DNA of 64,000 bases from sequence record PP886230.1; one strand, written 5' to 3'. How positions within the stretch are numbered: position 1 is the stretch's first letter; each line of letters begins with the position of its first letter. The notes under the pieces are model-generated. The model was not told the DNA's origin. It did not search any database and was given only the letters and a program-made list of their open reading frames with translations. A program made the translations under genes and the position numbers. Shown piece by piece: positions 51,489-62,006 of this stretch.

Positions 51489-54400
51489 TTAAGAACCGAT
51501 ATTAATATTACTTTTAGCTAGTGAGTTAACAATTTGAACATTTTCAACAGATGCAGTACTCAAAAATATTTGGTCTGAACGTGAAGGGATTTCAAATAGA
51601 GAGCCAAATTTTGAATTTGGATTTTGTGCAACTATAACAATGGTACTAATATGTCTACCTAACTGTGAGTGTATGTAAGTACACAAATCAGTATAATAGA
51701 AACTTTCACCGAAATCCCAGTTATCAACATTGAAGTATTCATTAGTTAATGCTATAACATTTTGACGAATTTCATCGTCACTCATTGTGCTGTTTGGTAA
51801 TTTCACTACTTTAAAATCAGCTTTGTAATCTTCAGCAGCACTGTTGCCAAATAAAGGTAAGTACTCAGCACTATGCCAAATAATACTATCACTAATGACT
51901 ATTTTTTGTTCAACATCTTTGAACATATCTTTCAATTCAACCGATGTAGGTGGTTTAGGAATACTACCAACAGCATTATTTTTCAACCAAACGTCAACTT
52001 CAGTTTTATATGAATTGGTTAATACATACATATCAATTAAGTTTGTTCTACTAGGATCAATGCGATTGTCGTCAGGTGCATAGTGTTTCCAATGGAAGTC
52101 TATACTAGTACGTGCATTAGTTTTAACAGTGTACTGTGAAGTAACATCTTTGTATCCATAATAATCTAGCTTCTGATTCTCGTCAGCATTAGTTCCCATG
52201 TTATTAATTGCACGATAAAAAGCCAATTCAGGACTAACAGTGCCAGTATCATCGGAATAAGTTAAATTACTAATTAGCTGTCCTAAACGATCATTGTTGT
52301 TACCAACTGTTTGTTCAATAAAATAATATTTACCATCATAGTTAAAACCAACTAAAAATCCAGAACCTTTACTATATAATCCACTCAATGTGGTTGAACG
52401 AATTGCGTTATTTCTAACAAATTCAGTTCTTTTATATGCATTCGGCTCTGCCAAGGCTTGTTCCATTGTATAAGACCACGATGAATCAAGAAGTGTGAAG
52501 GTATCATTTGGTAACGACAGTACTGATATAGTGAAATCACTATTTTCCTGAAATACCAAAATACCACCATATTTTAATGCATCGGTTCCAGTCCAAGTAG
52601 GAACAATTTCTTTAAATTGGTTTGGTTCCAATGGTATACCATTACTATCTACTTTCCTAGATGTAACAATAACACGAGAACCATCTAGATAGCCATTCTC
52701 TTGTTGAATTGTGTCATAAATTTGAAAATCTATATTACTTGTCAATCCTGAATTACTACTACTAGTAGTGTTAGATGATAAAATTTCAATCTTATCACTT
52801 TGAACTGTACCAGTACTAATATCAGTAATTTTTTTAGATGATACAAAGTAAAATCTTACTTTTTCTCCACCCACAAAAATATATTCAATACCGTTAGCAT
52901 CAAATTCCCAAGTTTCTGCTGTATATTTTACATTAATTATAATTAAAACTTCATTACCATTATATACAATAGTATCATCATTGGTACTTACTTCAATAGG
53001 AACCCATGATGTCGTTTCTTTGTCATGTACAATAACAAAATCAGTTTTTTTATCTAGCATAGCAGAAATTGCTTGAACTTCAACCGAGTTAAATCTAGTT
53101 CTATATGGTAAAATGTACTCTATGGCTTGCATTCCACTTGGAACCGATGTACTCAGTACATAAAATCCATTATCCAATACACTAACTACACTAGCCCATA
53201 TAGTAGTTCCAGAATTAGAAAATTTAATTAGAGTACCAACCTGATATGAACCATAAACTGTACCAGATGAACCCAAAATTCTACCATATGTGTTAGTTGT
53301 ATAATTTGAATTGTATACCGGAGTCCATGCTTGTTGTATTTCAATACCAATTGTATTTGAAGGAAACGCTTGGTAACGTTGTATTACCGCATTTTCACCA
53401 ATCAATGGTTGAATATTGTCAATAACAATACTAGCATTTGTTTTTGTGGTTGGTAGCAATAATGACCTATTAAATTGTGTGTTTTCTTGATATAACGCAC
53501 CATCATCACTAAAAACATCGGTATTTTGATACTTACCAGTAGGATCATTAATATCAATAAATCTTGATTGTCCACTATAAATTCTATTAATAGCTTTAGA
53601 TTTAAGTACAGTATTGCCTAAACTAAGTGGTGCAATATTATAATCTTCACCATTGACAAAACGGTTTTGTGTATAGTACATTTGTGGTGCACGTGCTTTA
53701 ATCTGCTCAATAGTCTCTGCACTTTGTGCACGGTCGGACTCATATTGTAATGAAAAACGTATATCCAATGTACTAGATTCATAACTTGACTGTGTTTTTG
53801 TACGATATGTATATTTTACGCTTTTGTTTTGAATTTCAGAAGTTTTAATGTTATATGTTTTACCATTACTAACACGATACCATACGCGGAACGTCCCACG
53901 GGGAACAACACCACTTCTTGAGTCTGGATACTTAATTGTTATTTGATCTTTATCACGAGTAGTAACAGCAAAAATTGTTTTTAATTGACGATTAACAGTG
54001 TTATATGCAATACTTTCCATTGATGGAACTTTTGTCCATTTGGTACGAACAATACCATCTTCATTTATTTCTTGAACCCATACATCAGTTTCGTTGATAT
54101 TATCAACGTTAATATCTTGTATACGGTTCTCTTCACGGATAGCATATTGATAATCTTGATATGTCAATGTACCTTGTACGAAATATACAAAAAAACCAGT
54201 ATTTGGTGAGCTAAATCCATTACCATCATTTTGATAAACAATATATTTTTGCTCTTGTGGTTCTGGATGTCGTTCTTCAACACCAACAGACGTAATATCA
54301 GGATTCACTACTTCAAATGTCATAGATTCACCATTGACAGTTGCAATAAATGGAATACTGGGTGCTGTCATTGGGATGGTGTTCATTCGATATAGTTGAC

Positions 54401-54950
54401 GGGAGACACCATTAACATCAATACGCTTGACTGGATTACCAAATTGGTTAGTACTGACAAATGAACTGTTCATTACTAGAATGAAGTTTTCATACCAGTT
54501 AGCATCCATCGGGTCATTCCAACGAATGATTTTATCTTTTAATGATTCATTAAAACTATTACGAACATCTTGGTTTGTTTTAATTTCGGTTAATTTAGCA
54601 ACTGCACGACCTGGATATGAGCGGCGTGGTGAGTAAGAAATCATTTTAGCTAGTTTTAGTACTGATGCACGACGAGTTGCAGTATCTAAAAAGTTTTCAC
54701 GTGTGTTCAAATCCATACGAAATGCCAAGTTCTGCCCTAGCATAGAAATCGTATCTAAAATAAAAATAAACTGGTCGTTTTCGATCCAGTCGTTGAATGA
54801 GTCTGGGTAAGTTGCACGTAGATAATCAATCATACTCTGACGGATAGTATCGAAGTCATAAGCTGTAAGATTGATTTTATAAAAACTTTCATATACTTGA
54901 GTCCAATCCTCACCAGCGTATAAATTTGATTGCCTTTTTTGTTGTGACAT
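51489..54950 (-). CDS. gp6: baseplate wedge protein (T4 gp6-like, 1153 aa)
   Basis: YDFDTIRQSMIDYL, ENFLDTATRRASVLKLAKMISYSPRR, ETIEQIKARAP..YYTQNRFVNGEDY, NWDFGESFY. Confidence 0.85.
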   Translation of the reverse strand: MSQQKRQSNLYAGEDWTQVYESFYKINLTAYDFDTIRQSMIDYLRATYPDSFNDWIENDQFIFILDTISMLGQNLAFRMDLNTRENFLDTATRRASVLKLAKMISYSPRRSYPGRAVAKLTEIKTNQDVRNSFNESLKDKIIRWNDPMDANWYENFILVMNSSFVSTNQFGNPVKRIDVNGVSRQLYRMNTIPMTAPSIPFIATVNGESMTFEVVNPDITSVGVEERHPEPQEQKYIVYQNDGNGFSSPNTGFFVYFVQGTLTYQDYQYAIREENRIQDINVDNINETDVWVQEINEDGIVRTKWTKVPSMESIAYNTVNRQLKTIFAVTTRDKDQITIKYPDSRSGVVPRGTFRVWYRVSNGKTYNIKTSEIQNKSVKYTYRTKTQSSYESSTLDIRFSLQYESDRAQSAETIEQIKARAPQMYYTQNRFVNGEDYNIAPLSLGNTVLKSKAINRIYSGQSRFIDINDPTGKYQNTDVFSDDGALYQENTQFNRSLLLPTTKTNASIVIDNIQPLIGENAVIQRYQAFPSNTIGIEIQQAWTPVYNSNYTTNTYGRILGSSGTVYGSYQVGTLIKFSNSGTTIWASVVSVLDNGFYVLSTSVPSGMQAIEYILPYRTRFNSVEVQAISAMLDKKTDFVIVHDKETTSWVPIEVSTNDDTIVYNGNEVLIIINVKYTAETWEFDANGIEYIFVGGEKVRFYFVSSKKITDISTGTVQSDKIEILSSNTTSSSNSGLTSNIDFQIYDTIQQENGYLDGSRVIVTSRKVDSNGIPLEPNQFKEIVPTWTGTDALKYGGILVFQENSDFTISVLSLPNDTFTLLDSSWSYTMEQALAEPNAYKRTEFVRNNAIRSTTLSGLYSKGSGFLVGFNYDGKYYFIEQTVGNNNDRLGQLISNLTYSDDTGTVSPELAFYRAINNMGTNADENQKLDYYGYKDVTSQYTVKTNARTSIDFHWKHYAPDDNRIDPSRTNLIDMYVLTNSYKTEVDVWLKNNAVGSIPKPPTSVELKDMFKDVEQKIVISDSIIWHSAEYLPLFGNSAAEDYKADFKVVKLPNSTMSDDEIRQNVIALTNEYFNVDNWDFGESFYYTDLCTYIHSQLGRHISTIVIVAQNPNSKFGSLFEIPSRSDQIFLSTASVENVQIVNSLAKSNINIGS

Positions 54951-55017
54951 AATTTATTCCTTTAAATCAGTAAAGTACTAGTTCAGTACTGGGAATTATA
55001 TATAGAAATATTTATTC

Positions 55018-55047
55018 AAAAAGAAAAGCACTCCGAAGAGTGCTTTT
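55018..55047 (-). terminator. terminator with C(UUCG)G tetraloop
   Basis: aaaagcactc-cgaa-gagtgctttt; late TAAATA at 55009-55014 (minus) follows it. Confidence 0.8.
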
Positions 55048-55051
55048 GTAA

Positions 55052-55447
55052 TTATAAAGACGATACTGAATATGTTGCCATTCTGTTATTACTTCTTGCA
55101 TCGAATACAATAGTAAGTTCTTCTAATGTATCCAATACTACGTACTGTAATACAATATTCATTTGGTATCCATATTCTATTCTTGAAATTTGCAATTTCT
55201 TAAGATTTAAGCGTGGATCTAAGCTAATTATTCTACGGGCATCTGCTTCCAAAAGGTTGATAGTATTATAACCTTCCAATTCAAACAGCAAATCCCATGC
55301 AATAAAACCATAGTCAGCATCAAATGCTCTTTCGCCTTTTTTTGTATTGAAATGATTCATTAAATCTTGGCGAACCAATTCACTATCATACAATGTTTCA
55401 GTTCTACCCACTACTGGGGTAGAAAAACCTTTAAAAACAACTGCCAT
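55052..55447 (-). CDS. gp25: baseplate wedge protein (gp25-like)
   Basis: ELVRQDLMNHFNTKKGERAFDADYG, II..DPRL pattern. Confidence 0.85.
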   Translation of the reverse strand: MAVVFKGFSTPVVGRTETLYDSELVRQDLMNHFNTKKGERAFDADYGFIAWDLLFELEGYNTINLLEADARRIISLDPRLNLKKLQISRIEYGYQMNIVLQYVVLDTLEELTIVFDARSNNRMATYSVSSL

Positions 55448-55462
55448 TGACTATTTCCTTTA

Positions 55463-55951
55463 TTATACGGATTCAACAATACGTGCCATCTTTTCCGCTC
55501 TTGAAGTGGTTTGTTTATACCATGTACTATCACGCAATTCCTTACCAGCAGTTTTATAATCAGCCTTACCTAATGCGGTCATTGCTTTTTTAAATTTTAA
55601 AACTTTGGTTTTGCCCATCTGGAATACCATCAACCATAATACACGTTGAACCTGTACAGGTGCGGTCATACCAAATTGTTCATAAATTGATTTTGCATCA
55701 TTGTACGCAGTTTGAGCATCTTTAAGAAGAAGTTGGTCAGCTTGTGCTTCTGTTAAACCATTCTTGAAATTTTCACCAGGTAAAACTAGGTGACCATAGC
55801 CAATAGTATCAAGACCTAAGCTGTCTTTATATACCCAAAACTTATCATTTTTAAAATAACCAAGTTTTTTCTGATAAGCAATAGTTCCTTCAAATTCTTT
55901 AATTTCCTTAAAAAATTGCTCATCTGTATTTTTAATTTCCCATTTACTCAT
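55463..55951 (-). CDS. T4-type (GH24) lysozyme, stand-alone
   Basis: EIKEFEG...YKDSLGLDTIGYGHL (E/D/T triad), MVFQMG, DSTWYKQT..RA; own TATAAATA at 55968-55975 (minus). Confidence 0.9.
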   Translation of the reverse strand: MSKWEIKNTDEQFFKEIKEFEGTIAYQKKLGYFKNDKFWVYKDSLGLDTIGYGHLVLPGENFKNGLTEAQADQLLLKDAQTAYNDAKSIYEQFGMTAPVQVQRVLWLMVFQMGKTKVLKFKKAMTALGKADYKTAGKELRDSTWYKQTTSRAEKMARIVESV

Positions 55952-55987
55952 AAAGATATCCTCGTTTTATTTATAGTACTAAAATAT

Positions 55988-58651
55988 TTATTGACATGCC
56001 TCTAAACGACGAGCCATTAACTCAGCACGGCGAGTAGTTTGGCGATACCAAGCTGAATTACGTATTTGAGCAGCAGCTTGTTTATAATTACCTTTAGCTA
56101 ATTCAGACAACATAGTTTTAAATTTAAGTACCCCACCTTTACCCATCTGGAATACCATTTGGCATAGTACTTGTTGAGCCAAATAAGGTGTTTTCATGTT
56201 GTATGAAGCATAAATTGATTTAGCATCATATATAGCTTTACTACTATCACGAACTAACATATCGTTGGCTTGCTGTTCAGTTATTCCATCTGAAAAGTTT
56301 TCACCACTAATAATTAAGTGACCATAACCAATAGTTGGATACCCACGACTATCCAAATAACGCCAGAATTTACCATTACGATAATATCCTTTTGCTTGTT
56401 GGTATTGTAATGTACCTTCATATTCTTTTAATTCAGAAATAAATTGTGCATCACCTGGAACAACTTTCCAATCGATTGCAGTTTTATCAACATTTCCAAT
56501 ATTATAGGTAGGTTGCTCCACCGGAGTTGTTGAAGCTCCACTTCTCTGTGTTCTTCTCCTACGAGGCACATGACGAGAACCACGTTGAGAATATCCAGTA
56601 CCTATCGTTTTGATTTTTGTTGTAACTACCAATTCATCACTATCAACTGAAGGTTGTACAACTGCTTTTGGAGCAGATTGATTAGTTGCTTGACCACCAA
56701 TTAATGTTTTATTCGCCGCATCAGACCCTGTTCCTGTTTGTGAAGCATAAAATAATCCTGGGTCAACAGAACCACTGAATCCAAGAACATTTGCTGATGT
56801 AACACGAATTTCAAACTGTATGACACCATTTGCTTTTCCAACAACTTGACCTTTTTGAACAACATCTTTGTTTAATAAATCAGATTGAATATTATAAAAA
56901 ATAGATTTATATCCAGACTTATGTTGTATTAAAAGAGCACCATTAGTAATTACTACCACACCACCATCTGGTGCAACTACATCACCTTTACATTGTATTT
57001 CCCAACCTGAACGGTCTGCCTTTCCTCCACTTTGTGTTGGAACACCTTTCCCCCAGTAACCATATTGTCGAATAGTGCCGCTACATGGCATTAACATATG
57101 TAAACCTTCATATGTAATACTATATCCAGTCATCCCAGGATCAGATGTCATCAAATCTTGTGATTGAACTTGTTCAGTTTCTGATGTATAGTTAACAAAC
57201 TGAACAGCTTCAGTGTCTTGTGCTACGGGTAATTCTGGTGATACATCATTTGCTGGTTGTGGTTGTACTGGTGATTCACTAGAACCACTTCCACCACCTT
57301 GTCTTGGTGGTTCAACATAACTACCATGATTTTCAGCGTTAACCCATGCAGCAATATCATGAATGTGTTCATTAAGACCAGCAGATGGTGTTCTAAAGTT
57401 TGGTGCAGTAAATTCAGCAGTACCGCTATTACCACCACTATTAACTGTTAATGTTTGACCACCACCACTAATAATTGCTGATGATGATCCAATTAGGTTT
57501 GCAGATGTTGCGGCAGAAATAGAAGCATTTGAACCAGCCGTAATATCAGTACTGCTACCACTTTGCATACGTAATGATGCAGCAGTAACTAAACGAAGGT
57601 CTGCCCCAGAATTAACAACAACTTGTCCACCAACTTTTGCATCAAGAGCACCAATTAGATCTAATTTAGTATTTGCACCAACTCGTGCATTGAAATCTTG
57701 TCCGGTTTCAATATTATATGAACGTCCAGCAGTAATATTAATATCTTGACCAGCACGAATATTAATATTCTTATCACAGTGCATGTCAATATCACCTTCA
57801 CCAGTGAATTTTATACGTGCAGTGCCATCACGGTTAATTAAAAGAACATCACCAGTAGCTTCTGATAAAAGAAGTTGTGCACCACTACGTGTTTTTATTA
57901 CGACACCTTCATTTTTACGAGAACCAACACGTGTATCGTTTACTGGGTTATTAAATTGTGTATCTTGATATCCATCTGGGTCTTGATCCCACGTTGGTGC
58001 TGTTAATTCCTCTTCAGTATATCCATCATCAATAATAAAACTATTACCACGTGGCGAAGACATACCATATACAGTACTGGTGGTTTGTCGAGTACTACTA
58101 CGATTCGCCAACCCAGCTTCTTCGTCATATAAAAGGTTTTGCTTTTTAAGACCTGCGATAATTGGAACGTTAGCATATTTGTCTTGCATATCGGTAGTGA
58201 TAGTGTTACGATCATAGTCAGTAACAGGAAGTGGCATATCAGTTCCACCATAATTACTTACTTCAGTTGCCATACCTGGAACCATAGTATTCATACGCTG
58301 GTCATATACACAACCAATCCAATATGCTTGGAATGTACGGGCTTGTGCAAAAATTACAACAACTGTACACCCTACGTCTGGTGGTACTGCCCAAAAACCG
58401 TATCCTTTTGGATATTGACCATATGCATCAGCACTTGGAATACCTGGTGTTTTACCAGCAAAAGGAGACATGTAAGATGCTTCTATCCATGATTCTTTTG
58501 AGTTTTTATCACTTTGAGAACCTTGTATCCAAACTTTCAGTTTTCCTGATTTAGTTGGATCTCTGTTATCCATAACAGTTGCTAACTGCGGATAAGATGG
58601 GTCAAAACGACCCAACTGCTGTTGTGCATACTTTTTACTTGTATCTGCCAT
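55988..58651 (-). CDS. gp5: baseplate central spike (gp5-like): OB fold, beta-helix with HxH apex, degenerate M23-like domain and C-terminal lysozyme
   Basis: DPTKSGKLKVWI, YGFWAVPPDVG, INIRAGQDINITAG repeats, NEHIHD, VQKGQVVG, ELKEYEG...YLDSRGYPTIGYGHL. Confidence 0.85.
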   Translation of the reverse strand: MADTSKKYAQQQLGRFDPSYPQLATVMDNRDPTKSGKLKVWIQGSQSDKNSKESWIEASYMSPFAGKTPGIPSADAYGQYPKGYGFWAVPPDVGCTVVVIFAQARTFQAYWIGCVYDQRMNTMVPGMATEVSNYGGTDMPLPVTDYDRNTITTDMQDKYANVPIIAGLKKQNLLYDEEAGLANRSSTRQTTSTVYGMSSPRGNSFIIDDGYTEEELTAPTWDQDPDGYQDTQFNNPVNDTRVGSRKNEGVVIKTRSGAQLLLSEATGDVLLINRDGTARIKFTGEGDIDMHCDKNINIRAGQDINITAGRSYNIETGQDFNARVGANTKLDLIGALDAKVGGQVVVNSGADLRLVTAASLRMQSGSSTDITAGSNASISAATSANLIGSSSAIISGGGQTLTVNSGGNSGTAEFTAPNFRTPSAGLNEHIHDIAAWVNAENHGSYVEPPRQGGGSGSSESPVQPQPANDVSPELPVAQDTEAVQFVNYTSETEQVQSQDLMTSDPGMTGYSITYEGLHMLMPCSGTIRQYGYWGKGVPTQSGGKADRSGWEIQCKGDVVAPDGGVVVITNGALLIQHKSGYKSIFYNIQSDLLNKDVVQKGQVVGKANGVIQFEIRVTSANVLGFSGSVDPGLFYASQTGTGSDAANKTLIGGQATNQSAPKAVVQPSVDSDELVVTTKIKTIGTGYSQRGSRHVPRRRRTQRSGASTTPVEQPTYNIGNVDKTAIDWKVVPGDAQFISELKEYEGTLQYQQAKGYYRNGKFWRYLDSRGYPTIGYGHLIISGENFSDGITEQQANDMLVRDSSKAIYDAKSIYASYNMKTPYLAQQVLCQMVFQMGKGGVLKFKTMLSELAKGNYKQAAAQIRNSAWYRQTTRRAELMARRLEACQ

Positions 58652-58664
58652 AATATTTTATTCC

Positions 58665-60914
58665 TTAATCAACTATACTATCGTGACGTTTGAGTGCACG
58701 AATTACAATTGCAGCTTGAATTTGTTGTGTAAAAGAACCACCTGCACCAAAATCATGAACAATTTTATTAACACGATAAATTGTTTGGTTAAATGTGGTT
58801 GGTGTATTAATATCCAAAACACCAGTGTTATCATTTATTGATATTACTGGTTGTAATTTTAGTAATAGATACGCTTCAGATGTTATATAATTTGCTACAT
58901 GATAATCATCTGGGTTAATTTCCATATCTTCACCATTAATTACTTGTTCTAGATATTGTAAGTAAGAGTAATCACTCCACCCTAACCAGTACGGGTCACC
59001 TACTACACGCATATCGAGTTTACACAAAAAAGGTCTATTGTAATAATTGTCACGTATTTTACGTCTATCCATTTCATATGTGCTGCTGTTATCGTTTAAC
59101 GAAGCGGATAAAGTTGTTTCATTGTTAGTTGCTTCGGTTGGCATTGTGAACACTTCACCATAACGGTGACCAACACCATCAGTGCCACCATCGTTTTCTT
59201 CATAAGTGGTTACATAATCTTCAATATATTGAGGTAAAACATTGACTTGATAGTTATTATAACGGTCTTGTTCTTCTGCGTTACCAACCTGCATTTGATT
59301 TTTTGCTAAAGTTTCAACTTCAGTTAACAATTGTTGTTGGGCTTGTGTTAACATCCCTCCTAAATCACGAGTTACACGTAAATCACTTGTTTTTGCCCAT
59401 GCGTCTGGTATACTATTGTATTGTACACCTTGAATATTGAGTTCTTGGGATGTATGTGTACCTGCATGGTTCGCTACATCTTGTATCGGACCAGGGTTAC
59501 GTGTAGTGGCTACGAAAAATTGCTGATCAAATTTCAAATCCAAATCAAGTATCTCACTATTAAGCCCACTAAATTGATAATTATAAGTTTTCATGTTTAT
59601 TTTTGGTTTTTGATCATTAGGATCTACGTATTTTTCTGCGTTCTCAAAAAAGTACTCAAATGTGAAATTTTCAGGTTGTAAATCCGATTCATGAACAATA
59701 TCACCTATTTTAAATCTAACAATATAAAAAATTACTTTATAAACAGAAGTATTACGATAATTATCAAAACCAACGTATTGTTTAACTGGTATAATGTTTA
59801 CAAATTGACGCACACTAGTACTATCATCGGCTTGTACAGTACATGTATCAATAACGTCATCAATAATTCGAGATATAGGAGTACTTGGGTTCCATGAAAA
59901 GTTTTTAGAACCTTGTGCACCACTTTTAGTTGTTCCGGCCTCTGCCATTTGTTTAGAATCATAGTTTATAAACAAATCTTGCAAATCAGGTGCTACTTTA
60001 AATTCGAAAAATTTACCTTCGGATAATTCACCAAATTTATATCTAAGATAACCATATTGTTGGTCAGCCATCTGATTTAATTTATCTTCTAAATCAAAGC
60101 AGAAGTCACCAAAGTTTTCAGCAGTACAATTGAATGGTTCTTTTAAGGTCCATTCAATGTTATCAACTAAAGCTGCTCTATTATGAACTAAGTTCATAGT
60201 ATACATCATAGTACTACCACTTTGTGAAGCACTTGCAGTAACACTATTAATTTTAACTGACCAGCGTCTTGTTGTTTCTGGGATAATTTCAGGTATTCCA
60301 TTTTTATTAAAGCCAATAAACTTTAATTCCAAGATCAATGGCAAGTCCATAAATTTATGATATCTAAGTTTGTTACTTAACGAAATTAATTCATCATATA
60401 GACTCATACTATTATTTTCAGACATATTAAGTACTGCTGTATTAAAACAATAGTTTGTTGTCATTCCTGGTGTTGAAGGTCCAGCTTGTGTCATTTGTAC
60501 ACTAGTGATATTATATTTGCCAGTAACACCACTTTCTGATATCACATGTCGTTGCACTTCTGCATCTGGGTAAAGCCAAAAGTTTTTAAAATCATCTTTA
60601 TCTAAGGCAAATAAACAAAAGTGCCAAGTTGGGTTATCATATTTCAATAATTTATTGTCATACGGTATTACAAACTGACTTAAATCGAGATCTTCATAAA
60701 CTTGATCAACACTAGCACTTTGTTTTGGTAATGATACTACATTACTTACATTTGCTTTGTAATTATTTTTTGTAATAGTTTTTACATCATTTTGTAATGT
60801 ATTTGCTGTAGCTTTCAAACTATCAAGTGCATTAGATGTAGTGGTTTTAGCCTTACCAGTAATACTTGTAATATCATTTTGAAAATTATCAACTGTACTT
60901 CGTAAATCTGCCAT
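58665..60914 (-). CDS. putative baseplate hub protein
   Basis: KTYNYQFSGLNSEILDLDLKFD and LDMRVVGDPYWLG motifs; lies between gp53 and gp5. Confidence 0.55.
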   Translation of the reverse strand: MADLRSTVDNFQNDITSITGKAKTTTSNALDSLKATANTLQNDVKTITKNNYKANVSNVVSLPKQSASVDQVYEDLDLSQFVIPYDNKLLKYDNPTWHFCLFALDKDDFKNFWLYPDAEVQRHVISESGVTGKYNITSVQMTQAGPSTPGMTTNYCFNTAVLNMSENNSMSLYDELISLSNKLRYHKFMDLPLILELKFIGFNKNGIPEIIPETTRRWSVKINSVTASASQSGSTMMYTMNLVHNRAALVDNIEWTLKEPFNCTAENFGDFCFDLEDKLNQMADQQYGYLRYKFGELSEGKFFEFKVAPDLQDLFINYDSKQMAEAGTTKSGAQGSKNFSWNPSTPISRIIDDVIDTCTVQADDSTSVRQFVNIIPVKQYVGFDNYRNTSVYKVIFYIVRFKIGDIVHESDLQPENFTFEYFFENAEKYVDPNDQKPKINMKTYNYQFSGLNSEILDLDLKFDQQFFVATTRNPGPIQDVANHAGTHTSQELNIQGVQYNSIPDAWAKTSDLRVTRDLGGMLTQAQQQLLTEVETLAKNQMQVGNAEEQDRYNNYQVNVLPQYIEDYVTTYEENDGGTDGVGHRYGEVFTMPTEATNNETTLSASLNDNSSTYEMDRRKIRDNYYNRPFLCKLDMRVVGDPYWLGWSDYSYLQYLEQVINGEDMEINPDDYHVANYITSEAYLLLKLQPVISINDNTGVLDINTPTTFNQTIYRVNKIVHDFGAGGSFTQQIQAAIVIRALKRHDSIVD

Positions 60915-60925
60915 ACGTTACTCCA

Positions 60926-61240
60926 TTAGCCTATGTTTCGAGTACCATTAAGATAATTCTGTACTCTTTGATTTGCTGGTATTCTAATTGTTACTCCACT
61001 TTTAAAATTATATATAGGATCTTCTCCTAGTATATCTGGATTTAACAATGCGAAAATATAATATAAGCGTTCATTACCATACATTTCGTATGCTAAACGC
61101 CAAGGTTGATATTCATATTTCAATGGGATCTCATAAAAATCATCAGTATCAGCCGGAACAATATCACGTGGTAAATTATACCCAAGATACCATGTTTGTT
61201 TCACCTTAGCGTAAGGTGAGTATTGACTATAGTTGGACAT
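60926..61240 (-). CDS. gp53: baseplate wedge protein (gp53/LysM-like)
   Basis: YQPWRLAYEMYGNERLYYIFALLNP...DPIYNFKSGVTIRIP. Confidence 0.8.
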   Translation of the reverse strand: MSNYSQYSPYAKVKQTWYLGYNLPRDIVPADTDDFYEIPLKYEYQPWRLAYEMYGNERLYYIFALLNPDILGEDPIYNFKSGVTIRIPANQRVQNYLNGTRNIG

Positions 61241-61971
61241 TAAATGAATCCTCCTTTACGTAATAGTTCACCACGTTTGAATGCATTGAGGTTGAACGTT
61301 TTAGTCATATAATCCGATGTTGGTTGTTCTTCAAGTTGTAACATAACTGAGATTTTTTGTGGAACCCAAACTTCATCTTGTGGGTTCATATATCCAGTAC
61401 TTCTAAGTTGTTCGAAGAATTTTCTACTATCCATGTCGGATAAATTAAAAGTACTATCGCTACTATTCAACGGAACTTGAATATAAGAAACATCATTTGG
61501 GTAAGTAAAATTATAAGATTTTAAAATAACAGGAATATCATTATATGTATAACGACCATATCCACTTAGAAGTAAGATTGGTGGTGGTGCACCTGCAATT
61601 GCGAGTTCGGGGTTATTAGCCGAAGCAGCTTGTCTACCAAAATCCATCAACGAAACAGAACGTATAAAATGAACACATGCCAACGCATACATAGCTTCTG
61701 CTGCGGTATTCGCATAAAATTCACCCTGAATCGTGAAAACTGTATTAGTAGTGTTCTTATAGTTGTTATAGTTACTGTTAGTATGTATAGGGGACTGTGT
61801 TTCATACTGAATTGACCTTTGTTCAGTAATTGTTGGTGTTACAGTCCAAACCAACCCATTAGTTGGACGCAGAAACGAAAGTAGAGTTGGTTCGGAGCTA
61901 TCTCCAAAATCACCATATACATAGTTAGCACCTGCGGCTTTAGGTCGTAATCGAATTCTACGATCAATCAT
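61240..61971 (-). CDS. baseplate tube cap / tube-fold protein (gp48-like)
   Basis: PPPILLLSGYG...IPVILKSYNFTYPNDVSY, VPQKISVML; GGAG SD (61982-61985) favours ATG 61971 over the track start 62061. Confidence 0.65.
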   Translation of the reverse strand: MIDRRIRLRPKAAGANYVYGDFGDSSEPTLLSFLRPTNGLVWTVTPTITEQRSIQYETQSPIHTNSNYNNYKNTTNTVFTIQGEFYANTAAEAMYALACVHFIRSVSLMDFGRQAASANNPELAIAGAPPPILLLSGYGRYTYNDIPVILKSYNFTYPNDVSYIQVPLNSSDSTFNLSDMDSRKFFEQLRSTGYMNPQDEVWVPQKISVMLQLEEQPTSDYMTKTFNLNAFKRGELLRKGGFI

Positions 61972-62006
61972 CTTTTTGATTCTCCATAATAAGGGAACAT
62001 TTGATG

